This document shows positions 48,033-57,392 of a stretch of 64,000 bases of DNA, in pieces. A program made the translations under genes and the position numbers. Origin of the DNA: Candidatus Omnitrophota bacterium (lineage in GTDB: Bacteria; Omnitrophota; Gorgyraeia; Gorgyraeales; Gorgyraeaceae); contig JBDRJN010000003.1 in assembly GCA_043814965.1 (NCBI GenBank), positions 1,600 through 65,599 of the forward strand, in the 5' to 3' direction. Positions within the stretch are counted from its first letter, which is position 1. Each line of letters opens with the position of its first letter. The notes under the pieces were generated by a model, which was not told the origin of the DNA, made no database searches, and saw only the letters and a program-made list of their open reading frames with translations.

Positions 48033-48063
48033 GCTCCGCTCGTTCTGTAAGTCACGTCCTCAT

Positions 48064-50241
48064 TTACATAACTGCTTCCATTGTAAGCGCTGGATGTCCT
48101 GATTTTTCTAGAAATGGCAGTAATTCTTCCATACTCGTAGCTACAGTCTCATCCGCGATCTTGCCTACCAATCCAGGGTCTCCTAGTTCTTGGGCCCTGC
48201 GCTCAAGCTTGTCTTTTAACGCTTCTTTTAATTCCTTGGGCATCCACACAACTCTTTTTAACCCGCCTTCAGCAGAAATAAATTTCTTACTCGCTAGATA
48301 CAATCTACCTACCCCCATGAACCCGGGTGTCTGAGAGCCTCCTCCGATGCTTCCTGCAAGAGTCGAGAAACCCATGCCAGCGGGAGTCGAACCAGCATAC
48401 TCTCTATTTACTACCATAAAACCATTGGCTTCCGGCAGTATAGCGATAATACATTCAAAACATCCGCAGCTGGTCTCAGGAGAATCTATTATAGAATAAC
48501 CGCAGAATCTTTCAAGTGTACGATTTGATTTTTGGAATATCACTTCGTTCACGCCTTTCCATTCACCTTTTGCGGGATCAAGGCACTCGCCTTTTTTTAT
48601 AGGCTGGTTCGGGCCGGATGGATTGAGCTCATAACTTGCCTTGGCATCAAGCCAGTTGTAGGCGCCGCAAAGGCCAAGCCTCTCGGGCTTTATTACACAT
48701 AGATGATTTGGCGCAAAACTTTGACAGAGAGTACAGCTCCAGAATATATCGACACTCTCATCCGTCATATTTGCGACCCTTTCATCTCTTTCTTCATAGG
48801 AGACTTTGGCCTCACCGATCCTCTTGTCGACCTCTTCCTGTTTTGTCACTATAGTGACCTCTACTTTATCAGCGATACTGCTAAAAACATCATGAAATCT
48901 CGCGTGCAATATTACGCCAAGATGTTCTAATTTAAAACCTTTATTTTTCGCATCTTTAGATATCCTCATCCAGCACATATCCCGCTGGCCCATATGAAAG
49001 ACCCCCATAGCCTCGTTCAGGAAACTATGTATCTGTCTTTCAAGTATTGGTTCAAAGTCTTTCTGCATCTTTCTGCCAGCGACTTCTACTATTATCCCTA
49101 AAGGAGAAGCGCCTCCTTCTTTTATCTCATCAAGTTCAGGGCCTATGACCTTTATCTTGCCGTCCTCTATCTTATCTATATCAACCATCTTTACATACTC
49201 GAATGCATCTGAGTATTTCCCGCCAAATTGAGCGAACATCTGTTCTCTTCTTACCCTTTCTCCCTCGAAAGCAGGAGAATACGATACTGGAATAGGTATC
49301 TCTGATACCTTTAATTTTATCCCTCTTAGTTCTATTGCTTTGGGTACTATCTTTTTGTGGTCCAGCTCCCTGATGACATGTTCATATGTACAGATACCCG
49401 TCGGCCTTATCTCAGGGATAAAAGTATCTGCTATTATAGGGAAACCCATATTTATAGCGCCCGCGCCTGTAGCATATTTTATATCATCAAGTTCTCCCAG
49501 CACCATGCCAAATGCAAATACCCTGTTCTGGCAATATTTAAGGCATTTCAAAGCCTCGCCTTTTTTGTGGCCTCCAAAAGTCAGGGCACCTCTTATAGCC
49601 CAATTAAGCGGGTATATAGCGCTGATCGTATCCCTTCCGTAAGGTACTATATAGGTATCCCAGCCCATCTCGACTTTTTCTTCTAAGAGTTGATCTATAA
49701 TGCTTCTCCCCTTGACCGAACTACCGACAAATGTCATTATGCTTCTTTTTTGCAGTTCCCTTACTATGTATACAGCTGTTTTATTGTCCGGGGCTGCGCC
49801 TAATATAGCAGCAAAACCAGGCATCCTGCCGTCTACAAGCTGTATGCCTAATGTGCGGAGTATAGTATCAGAGAAAAAACCATTGCAGTCTTTCTGGGGC
49901 TCTTGGTTATAAAGGTATCTTAATGCCATGATCAGTTCTTCGCAAAGTAAAGCTGCTATACCTGAATCCAATGTATTGCCTAGATAAGGCAGCCATATCT
50001 TCTCTGTAGGTTCATCATGTAGAAGGTTCCTTGAAAAATCCAGGACATCCAGGCCATCCTTCAATGTCTTTACTTCCTTGCCTAAAAGCGCGTATGCCAT
50101 CGGGAGATAAAAAGCTGTTTCCGGGAATTTGAGTTCTTTTGACTCAGAATTTTCTTTGATAGCTTTTGCGAGCAATTCCCCTGCCTGTTTATATATCTGT
50201 CTTGCGCCCCTTATGGCAGCTGAAGCGATTATCTTTGACAT
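48064..50241 (-). CDS. acsB: Acetyl-CoA synthase (CODH/ACS alpha subunit)
   Basis: 725 aa with the ACS A-cluster Cys motif (CGCFEC), collinear with Moorella AcsB. Confidence 0.85.
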   Translation of the reverse strand: MSKIIASAAIRGARQIYKQAGELLAKAIKENSESKELKFPETAFYLPMAYALLGKEVKTLKDGLDVLDFSRNLLHDEPTEKIWLPYLGNTLDSGIAALLCEELIMALRYLYNQEPQKDCNGFFSDTILRTLGIQLVDGRMPGFAAILGAAPDNKTAVYIVRELQKRSIMTFVGSSVKGRSIIDQLLEEKVEMGWDTYIVPYGRDTISAIYPLNWAIRGALTFGGHKKGEALKCLKYCQNRVFAFGMVLGELDDIKYATGAGAINMGFPIIADTFIPEIRPTGICTYEHVIRELDHKKIVPKAIELRGIKLKVSEIPIPVSYSPAFEGERVRREQMFAQFGGKYSDAFEYVKMVDIDKIEDGKIKVIGPELDEIKEGGASPLGIIVEVAGRKMQKDFEPILERQIHSFLNEAMGVFHMGQRDMCWMRISKDAKNKGFKLEHLGVILHARFHDVFSSIADKVEVTIVTKQEEVDKRIGEAKVSYEERDERVANMTDESVDIFWSCTLCQSFAPNHLCVIKPERLGLCGAYNWLDAKASYELNPSGPNQPIKKGECLDPAKGEWKGVNEVIFQKSNRTLERFCGYSIIDSPETSCGCFECIIAILPEANGFMVVNREYAGSTPAGMGFSTLAGSIGGGSQTPGFMGVGRLYLASKKFISAEGGLKRVVWMPKELKEALKDKLERRAQELGDPGLVGKIADETVATSMEELLPFLEKSGHPALTMEAVM

Positions 50242-50365
50242 ATTTTCTCCTCTTAAACGAGCAGATAATTTATGGAACGATAGTGAACATAAATTATAAG
50301 CCGTTGGTTGTCTGCGAATTTAATCCCGAGTTGCCCTTGTTTGCATTATATAGCGAGGGACCAAA

Positions 50366-51655
50366 TTATAATGTCATAATAGTTTCTTTGAATTCAGCAT
50401 CCTTAAAACCTGTTTTTGAAGCCTTTATAAGCTTTACTATTTTGCCGTAATCAAAATAATCTTCAAGTATGATATCTTTTATGCTAGAAACATCTACCTT
50501 GTTCTTTATAAGCGCTCCTACTACTCCTATATTATCGACCTTGTTCAGGAACACGCATCCGACTATCACATTGTCTTTTAATATTATTTTTTTGTATATG
50601 GAATTTTCTTCGTCGAGTTTATAGATCTCTTCGTGTATGTCTTTTTTTGGTTTTGTAATGCCGATCGAGATCACTGGAAGGCCAAAGAACTCTATGGAGT
50701 TCATAGCTAGGCTCCCGTCATATGCCGTCTTTACGCCAGCCATATTTAAACCAGCGATCCTTCCCTGCTCGCATGCAGCAGGCCAGATAGCATTGATAGA
50801 ACTCTCGCCCAAGGCTATATCAAAAGATTCTGCCACATCGCCGGCTGCAAAGATGTCTTTATTGGATGTTGCCTGATATTTATCCACCAATATTCCCCAG
50901 TTGGTCTTTATGCCTATGTCTTTAGCAAGGCCAATATTGGAGTTGACACCTTTACCGACTATAATAAGTTCGCAATCATACTTTGATCTATCACTCAATA
51001 GAAGCCCCTTTACTGACTTATCTCCCAGCACCTCTTTTGCAGAGATACCAGTCTTGACGATAATACCTTTCTTTTCAATGTGACTGCGCATGATCTTTGC
51101 TGATATCTCATCTATTATCTGGGAAAGCACTTGAGGGCTTCTGACGAATACAGTTACTTTTTTACCCTGAGCGTTAAGGGCATAGGCTGCCCTAAGGCCT
51201 ATCAATCCGCCTCCCAGTATAGCTACGTTCTTTACTTTAGGAAGCAGTTTCTGGATATTTTCTGTATGAGACAATGTCCTAAGAGGAAAGACCCTTTCTT
51301 TATCTATGCCAGGGATGTCTTCCATTTTTGGAGAAGAGCCGCTGGCAATAAGTAATTTGTCAAATTTTATTTTTTTCTTGCTGTTTAAAACTACTTCTTT
51401 TTTCTTTGGGTCTATCTTTTCCGCTTTTACTCCTAATACAGATTCTACTGAATTATCCTTAAAAAAACTGTCTTTTCTGTACCATATCTTTTCTTTTGAT
51501 ATAGTGCCTGCCAGGAGATACGATATTAGACACCTTGAATAAAGAGGCCTTGCTTCATCGCTTATTACAATTATCTTGGATGTTTTGTCTTTTGTCCTGA
51601 TGGCTTCGACTGCATTTATCCCGGCAGCGCTGGAGCCTAAAATTATGTATTGCAT
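50366..51655 (-). CDS. FAD/NAD(P)-binding pyridine nucleotide-disulfide oxidoreductase family protein
   Basis: N-terminal GSSAAG dinucleotide fold and a second Rossmann (GGGLIG). 429 aa, overlapping the cooF-like gene start. Confidence 0.7.
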   Translation of the reverse strand: MQYIILGSSAAGINAVEAIRTKDKTSKIIVISDEARPLYSRCLISYLLAGTISKEKIWYRKDSFFKDNSVESVLGVKAEKIDPKKKEVVLNSKKKIKFDKLLIASGSSPKMEDIPGIDKERVFPLRTLSHTENIQKLLPKVKNVAILGGGLIGLRAAYALNAQGKKVTVFVRSPQVLSQIIDEISAKIMRSHIEKKGIIVKTGISAKEVLGDKSVKGLLLSDRSKYDCELIIVGKGVNSNIGLAKDIGIKTNWGILVDKYQATSNKDIFAAGDVAESFDIALGESSINAIWPAACEQGRIAGLNMAGVKTAYDGSLAMNSIEFFGLPVISIGITKPKKDIHEEIYKLDEENSIYKKIILKDNVIVGCVFLNKVDNIGVVGALIKNKVDVSSIKDIILEDYFDYGKIVKLIKASKTGFKDAEFKETIMTL

Positions 51656-52110
51656 ATTTTCCTCTCATGTTCTTTCAGTGTCCCAAGCATCAATGCGCCA
51701 GTAGGGCATGCCTCAACACACGCAGGTACATCTCTATCCGGGCAAAGATCACATTTTACGACTATCTTTTCTTTTGGCTGTCTGGTAAGGGCTCCGAATG
51801 GACAACTCATGATGCACATCCAGCACCCGACGCATTTTTCTTTATCGTGCAATGTCTGGCCTGTTGACCTATCTTTATACATACTGCCTGACATGCACGC
51901 CTCTACGCATAGCGCATTCTCGCAGTGATGACACCCTGTAGATATCGCAAAGCCCTTTGAAATAAATTCAGCTTTTCTTCTCTTGATAGGCAAGCTGTCT
52001 TCTTTTATTGAACTCTCGAGCTTCTTGGTCTTTGAGTGTTCTACTGCGCATGCGATCTCGCAGGAACCGCAGCCAAGACACTTTTTTATATCACAATATA
52101 TTTTTTTCAT
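51643..52110 (-). CDS. CooF-like 4Fe-4S ferredoxin
   Basis: 155 aa with four CxxCxxCxxxCP-type cluster motifs. Confidence 0.75.
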   Translation of the reverse strand: MKKIYCDIKKCLGCGSCEIACAVEHSKTKKLESSIKEDSLPIKRRKAEFISKGFAISTGCHHCENALCVEACMSGSMYKDRSTGQTLHDKEKCVGCWMCIMSCPFGALTRQPKEKIVVKCDLCPDRDVPACVEACPTGALMLGTLKEHERKICNT

Positions 52111-52112
52111 AG

Positions 52113-54020
52113 CTACACCTTTTGGTACATAAGAGGCTGCAGTTTAAGGGCCTTTCTTTTTTTATCAATATGCTCTATCATAAGCTTTGCTGCTTTTACA
52201 GGGTCTCCTTCAAAAGCCCATTTTCCTCCGACTATCGGCTCTATCTCTTTGGTTATGTATTCAGTGACATTTTTGCTTCCCAGGACCCTTAGAGGAGAAC
52301 CTATTACTACAAATATCCCGCTAGCAACAAAATACCAGCCAATAGCAATTGCTTTTTCTGACATCCATTCAGGCGCAGCGCCTGCAACAGGGAGCTCATC
52401 TATGGAATTTCCTATACCTCCCTCTTTGACCATCTCACAGCATGCTGTGAGTATCCTGGTATTGTCAACGCAGGAGCCTGTATGAAGGACCGGTGGCATG
52501 CCTACTGTTTCGCATATCTCTTTTAAACCTTCTCCTGCAAACTTGACAGCGCTTTCCGGTGTAAGAAGCCCTGCTTTTCCGCAAGCACCAGCGCTGCATC
52601 CTGTCTGAACTACTAATACATCATTTTTGATAAGATGTTTTACCATGTCTATATGACAAAGGCTTGACTCGTTCTTCGGGTTATCGCATCCTACTACGCC
52701 TGCTACGCCTCTGATCCTCCCACTTATTATTGCATCATTTAAAGGCCTATAACTGGGCCTGAATTTACCTCCTAGATTATAAAATACATTCTCGGTAGTA
52801 AATCCCGCGACTATGGTGGTCTTTTGCTTCGGGATATTCAGTTTGGACTTATCCCTGTTCTTATAGTTCTCTATAGCTATCCTTAGGATCTTTTTTGCTA
52901 TACTAAGGGCGTCTTTTTCATGAAATTCTATATGTTCCATTCCTTTGAATTTTGCCTTCTGAGAGGTGGATATGAGTTTTGTATGGAAATTTTTTGCTAC
53001 TTCAGACAACGCCGGCATAATACATTGTATGTCCACGACCATTGCTTCAACCGCCCCGGTTATTATTGCAAGTTCCTGCTGGAGAAAATTCCCAGCCATT
53101 GATACGCCATGCCTCATCAATACTTCTGCAGCTGTACAGCAGATACCAGCCAGGTTTATGCCTTTTGCGCCGTTTTTCTTTGCCAGATCCAATAGCTCCT
53201 TATCTTGACTAGCAGTGACTATTATGTCTGATAGCGTAGGCTCATGACCATGTATAAGGATATTTACCTCATCAGCTTTTAATACACCAAGATCTACCTC
53301 TGCTCTTACAGGCTGAGGAGACCCAAACAATATATCGCTTAGGTCAGTTGCTATCATGGAGCCGCCCCATCCATCAACCAAAGACGTCTTTATAGCACAT
53401 TCTATAAGATGCTTATATTCATTATCAACCCCTACATGCGTGCGAGCCATTGTCTCGACCACTTCTATATCTATACCCTTGGGGTAGACATTCAACTTTT
53501 TCCAATTGTCTATCTGTTTTTTTGGAGCTCTTTTTATAAGAGTAAGTTCTCCCTCCTGCTGGCCATATTCTTTTAATATCCTTTCCCCTAATTCCTCAGC
53601 TATCTTTATATCGGTCTTTCCTTCTATCTTCAGGCCAAATTCCTGGGCAAAACGATGTAATTTTTGAGGGTCTTTTATTGAGTAATCTTTTGCATGGCCT
53701 CTTCCAAGTTCAAGTATGGTCCTTGCCAGGTCTCTTCCATGGTCAGAGTGGCACGCAGCTCCGCCTGCTGTATTACGCGCAAGGTTCCTGGCAGATATAG
53801 TATCGCTATCAGCTCCGCATACCCCGCATTGGGCGCCTCCTCCAAAAGGGTCTATTCTACAAGGCCCGAGATTACAGAGCTTGCAGCATACGCCTAGGGT
53901 CCCGAATCCACATTTGGGTTCCTGCTCCATAAAACGGTCCCAGACAGTTTTTATATTGTTCTTTTTTGCGATACTTTTTAATTGCTCATCAACAGACTTA
54001 GCTGATTTTGATGACATCAA
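52113..54020 (-). CDS. cooS: Anaerobic carbon-monoxide dehydrogenase catalytic subunit
   Basis: N-terminal CGFGTLGVCCKLCNLGPC cluster motifs and the HCP/CODH fold. 635 aa. Confidence 0.9.
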   Translation of the reverse strand: MMSSKSAKSVDEQLKSIAKKNNIKTVWDRFMEQEPKCGFGTLGVCCKLCNLGPCRIDPFGGGAQCGVCGADSDTISARNLARNTAGGAACHSDHGRDLARTILELGRGHAKDYSIKDPQKLHRFAQEFGLKIEGKTDIKIAEELGERILKEYGQQEGELTLIKRAPKKQIDNWKKLNVYPKGIDIEVVETMARTHVGVDNEYKHLIECAIKTSLVDGWGGSMIATDLSDILFGSPQPVRAEVDLGVLKADEVNILIHGHEPTLSDIIVTASQDKELLDLAKKNGAKGINLAGICCTAAEVLMRHGVSMAGNFLQQELAIITGAVEAMVVDIQCIMPALSEVAKNFHTKLISTSQKAKFKGMEHIEFHEKDALSIAKKILRIAIENYKNRDKSKLNIPKQKTTIVAGFTTENVFYNLGGKFRPSYRPLNDAIISGRIRGVAGVVGCDNPKNESSLCHIDMVKHLIKNDVLVVQTGCSAGACGKAGLLTPESAVKFAGEGLKEICETVGMPPVLHTGSCVDNTRILTACCEMVKEGGIGNSIDELPVAGAAPEWMSEKAIAIGWYFVASGIFVVIGSPLRVLGSKNVTEYITKEIEPIVGGKWAFEGDPVKAAKLMIEHIDKKRKALKLQPLMYQKV

Positions 54021-54738
54021 ATACCTCCTCCAATTCTTTTACAAAAACTGAGCCCTCATGGATCTTTCCTCTGGACTTTAATATATTATTATCCATATTT
54101 ATAAAACAATTTACACTTAAATCTTTGATATTTTTTCTTATAAAATCCTTATCGTCCTCTCCTTTGATCTTATTGGCAACGATGACAATGTCTTTTATCT
54201 TTAGGTTACTAGCAAGCTCTATTATTTTAAAAGCAGTATCTATAGATGTCAGATTAGGCTCTATCACTATTATGAATTTATCTACAGCCTGAGCAGTGCC
54301 CCTGCCAAGATGCTCTATACCCGCTTCCATATCCACTATGACTACCTCGTCCCTATTTATAAAGATATGGCTTAAAAGCGTCTTTAAAAACGCGCTTTCC
54401 GGACACACGCATCCTGCCCCGCCTTTTTTTACTGTACCCATCTCTATAAGCCTGATATTATCTTTGGACCTTGAGAACTTGTCCGGGATATCATCTACTT
54501 TTGGATTTAATTTAAAAAAACCTCCGACCTCCCCGCATCTTTCAAGTATTAGCTTTTTAAGGCCTGATATTGGTTCTGGACGCTCTTCTTTGGAAAAACC
54601 AAGAGCTGTTGCAAGATTGGAGTCAGGATCCGCATCGATCGCTATGACCTTTGAGCCTTTTTTCTTGAACAAAAAAGCCAAGGCTGCTGAAATAGATGTC
54701 TTTCCTACGCCGCCTTTTCCAGTAATAGCTATTTTCAT
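53998..54738 (-). CDS. cooC: CooC-type Ni-insertion ATPase (second copy)
   Basis: MKIAITGKGGVGKTSIS deviant Walker A, 246 aa. Confidence 0.8.
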   Translation of the reverse strand: MKIAITGKGGVGKTSISAALAFLFKKKGSKVIAIDADPDSNLATALGFSKEERPEPISGLKKLILERCGEVGGFFKLNPKVDDIPDKFSRSKDNIRLIEMGTVKKGGAGCVCPESAFLKTLLSHIFINRDEVVIVDMEAGIEHLGRGTAQAVDKFIIVIEPNLTSIDTAFKIIELASNLKIKDIVIVANKIKGEDDKDFIRKNIKDLSVNCFINMDNNILKSRGKIHEGSVFVKELEEVFDVIKIS

Positions 54739-55625
54739 AACCCAGCTGCCTCTAACACCAAAGGAACTTTTTTATCCCATCCGATAGGCATTATGTGAAT
54801 ACCTTGGGAAATCCCTTTAAGTTCACTTATTAAGCGGGCTGCTATCTCGATTGATTTAGCGCTCTTATCCTGCGCCTTGTCTATCTCTTCTATCAGGTTG
54901 TCTGGCACAAAGACACCGCTCACATTTTTATTCATGAACTTTGCCATACCAGCTGACTTTAGAAGAACTATGCCTGCCAGGATCGTTGTCTTCAGGTGTT
55001 TTGAGGCATCCAGGAACCTCTTAAATAGATCAATGTCATATATTTCCTGCGTCTGGAAAAATTTGGCTCCTGTTGCGATCTTCTTTTCCATCTTTATGAT
55101 CTCCGGCTCCAATGGATCTGCGCCAGGATTTACCACTGCGCCTACGCAAAAATCAGGTTTACCCTTAAGTTCTTTTCCTGCAAGGTCCTTACCAGATTCT
55201 AATATTCTTATAGTATCAAGAAGCTGCATTGAATCAAGGTCAAATACAGGCTTTGCTTCGGGGTGATCTCCCAAAGTAGTATGGTCTCCTGTTAAGGCAA
55301 GAACATTTTTTATGCCAAATACATAAGCGGATAATAGATCTGATTGTAGGGCAAGTCTATTTCTATCACGGCATGTAATCTGGAACACCGGCTCTATGCC
55401 GCGTTCTATTAAAAGTTTACATATTGCAAGAGATCCTACTCTCATCACTGAACTTTGTAGGTCCGTAACATTGATAGCATCGACCTTACCCTTGATAAGA
55501 TCAGCATCTTTAAGGGTCTCTTCTATATCGGTTCCTTTGGGGGGCCCTATCTCGGAAGTCAGTATAAATTTTCCCTGCTCTATCTTATCGCAAAGTGACA
55601 TCGTTAGTCCTTTCTTTTTATCCAC
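54735..55625 (-). CDS. metF: Methylenetetrahydrofolate reductase
   Basis: 296 aa with the MTHFR TIM-barrel pattern (SEIGPPKG...DAINVTD). Confidence 0.8.
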   Translation of the reverse strand: MDKKKGLTMSLCDKIEQGKFILTSEIGPPKGTDIEETLKDADLIKGKVDAINVTDLQSSVMRVGSLAICKLLIERGIEPVFQITCRDRNRLALQSDLLSAYVFGIKNVLALTGDHTTLGDHPEAKPVFDLDSMQLLDTIRILESGKDLAGKELKGKPDFCVGAVVNPGADPLEPEIIKMEKKIATGAKFFQTQEIYDIDLFKRFLDASKHLKTTILAGIVLLKSAGMAKFMNKNVSGVFVPDNLIEEIDKAQDKSAKSIEIAARLISELKGISQGIHIMPIGWDKKVPLVLEAAGL

Positions 55626-55667
55626 CAGCCTGTTAGGCCTTTAAAAAAACGTTCTACAAGCTTAAGT

Positions 55668-55868
55668 CTTGTCTGCTTATAGGGTACTGTTTTCGAGGAC
55701 GTAAAATTTCACCAGCGTTGAAATTTTACTCCGTTTTCTTTTTCGCTCTCGCCTAAACCCTATCTACGGTAGGGGAGCCTTAAGGCTCCCCTACTAGTTT
55801 TTGAGAGGGCGAACCATGCCCTCTCAAAAGAAAAAGGCCTCTCAAACAGTACCCTATAAGCAGACAAA
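55668..55868 (-). repeat. Structured repeat element, copy 2 (about 201 nt; inverted relative to copy 1) with its own 24-bp terminal inverted repeat and an inserted GTAG...CTAC hairpin (55769-55794)
   Basis: TIR CTTGTCTGCTTATAGGGTACTGTT / AACAGTACCCTATAAGCAGACAA (23/24). The core matches copy 1. There is an extra 26-nt perfect palindrome GTAGGGGAGCCTTAAGGCTCCCCTAC. Confidence 0.6.
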
Positions 55869-55898
55869 TCCAAACTTGAACCTTACCCTAAAAAAACA

Positions 55899-56765
55899 TC
55901 AAACTTGCTTTTTAAAGATCTCTACCAGGTTCCTCATAAGCATGGCGACTGTGAGCGGGCCTACGCCTCCTGGTACAGGAGTGATGTAGCTTGCTTTTTC
56001 CTTTGCCTTGTCAAACTCCACATCACCAACTATCTTGTCGCCGACCCTATTGATACCCACATCTATTACGATAGCCCCCTCTTTTATCCAATCGCCTTTT
56101 ACAAGGCAAGCTTTTCCACAAGCTACTATCAATATCTCAGCCTTTTTTACAAACTCAGGGAGATCCCCTCTTTCTCCTGTCGCTATATGGCACACTGTAG
56201 TAGTGACAAATTTATTTAACAGCATAAGCGCCAGCGGCTTTCCAACTATTTCGCTATGCCCTACCACAACTGCTTCTTTTCCGTAAAGCTTTATGTCAGG
56301 TATTGAATTCAAAAGTTCCATACAGCTCGCCGCAGTACATGGCCTTACTGTCTCCCTGCCAAACACTATCTCACCCATATTCTGAGGGTGTACTGCCTCA
56401 ACATCCTTTGAAGGCGATATATATCTAGATATCAATTTTGCATCTATGTGAGACGGTAGAGGCATCTGCACTATTATGCCATTGACTGAACTGTCATTAT
56501 TGAGTACACCTATAGCTCTTATCAATCCTTCCTGGCCTATGTCTTGGCTTAATTTTTCAAGATGATATTCTATACCTAAAGACTCAGCGCTCTTTATCTG
56601 GGATTTTAGGTATACGCTCGAAGCCTCGTTCTCTCCTACCTGCACACTTACAAGTTTTGGAGATCTCCCATATTTGGCTTTTAACGCTTCTACCTCTTTT
56701 TGTATGCTTTCTTTTATGCTTTTTGCAAGCACCTTGCCGTCTAATAGTTGAGCAGACATGGTCAC
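55899..56765 (-). CDS. folD: Bifunctional methylene-THF dehydrogenase / methenyl-THF cyclohydrolase
   Basis: 288 aa with FolD motifs (VQVGENEASSVY, GHSEIVGKPLA). Confidence 0.9.
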   Translation of the reverse strand: MTMSAQLLDGKVLAKSIKESIQKEVEALKAKYGRSPKLVSVQVGENEASSVYLKSQIKSAESLGIEYHLEKLSQDIGQEGLIRAIGVLNNDSSVNGIIVQMPLPSHIDAKLISRYISPSKDVEAVHPQNMGEIVFGRETVRPCTAASCMELLNSIPDIKLYGKEAVVVGHSEIVGKPLALMLLNKFVTTTVCHIATGERGDLPEFVKKAEILIVACGKACLVKGDWIKEGAIVIDVGINRVGDKIVGDVEFDKAKEKASYITPVPGGVGPLTVAMLMRNLVEIFKKQV

Positions 56766-57361
56766 CTCATCTTTTCTTCGGTTCTAATGATCGTCTCTTT
56801 GTATATGCCTGATAATTCTTTTTTTAATCCTTCGATAAGGTTCTTTTCTCTCTCAGTGAATATCTCGTCCTTTATACCCTTCAGGTTTATCTTTGCGTTA
56901 AAGACAGCTGAATTAAAACACGCCTCTATCAGTTCTGCGCCGCACCCGACATCTGTTATCAGATTAGGGTTTGTCTTATCTGGCAGTTCGTTCGCTATAT
57001 TCATCGCTTTTATGGAAAGTTTGCATATCTTGATAGAGACAACATAACCTTCTCTCAAGGCCTCATCGATATTCCTTGCGTCTTTGGACCTAAAGGCATT
57101 TTTTATTGCTAGATACACCCTTACGTCCTCGTCTATTGCCTTCTCAAAACAAGCCCTTATGTCTTTTAATTCCGCCAGGTATCTTTTCACGTTATTTTCG
57201 AACTCTTTATATTTTTCGTTCCCGATCGTAAAATTACACGTCATCTCAAGAAGCGCTGCGCCCATCGCACCAGACACGCCGGATGAACTGCCTCCACCTG
57301 GAACAGGCTGTTTGGCTGCCAGATCCGCTATATATTTCTCAATAGGTTCGTTTATGTACAT
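56762..57361 (-). CDS. fchA: Cyclodeaminase/cyclohydrolase (FtcD C-domain-like) family protein
   Basis: 199-aa helical protein (PVPGGGSSSGVSGAMGAALLEM) typical of FchA/FtcD-C. Confidence 0.7.
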   Translation of the reverse strand: MYINEPIEKYIADLAAKQPVPGGGSSSGVSGAMGAALLEMTCNFTIGNEKYKEFENNVKRYLAELKDIRACFEKAIDEDVRVYLAIKNAFRSKDARNIDEALREGYVVSIKICKLSIKAMNIANELPDKTNPNLITDVGCGAELIEACFNSAVFNAKINLKGIKDEIFTEREKNLIEGLKKELSGIYKETIIRTEEKMR

Positions 57362-57392
57362 ATCTTAACCTTCTTCATTTTAATATCAAATA

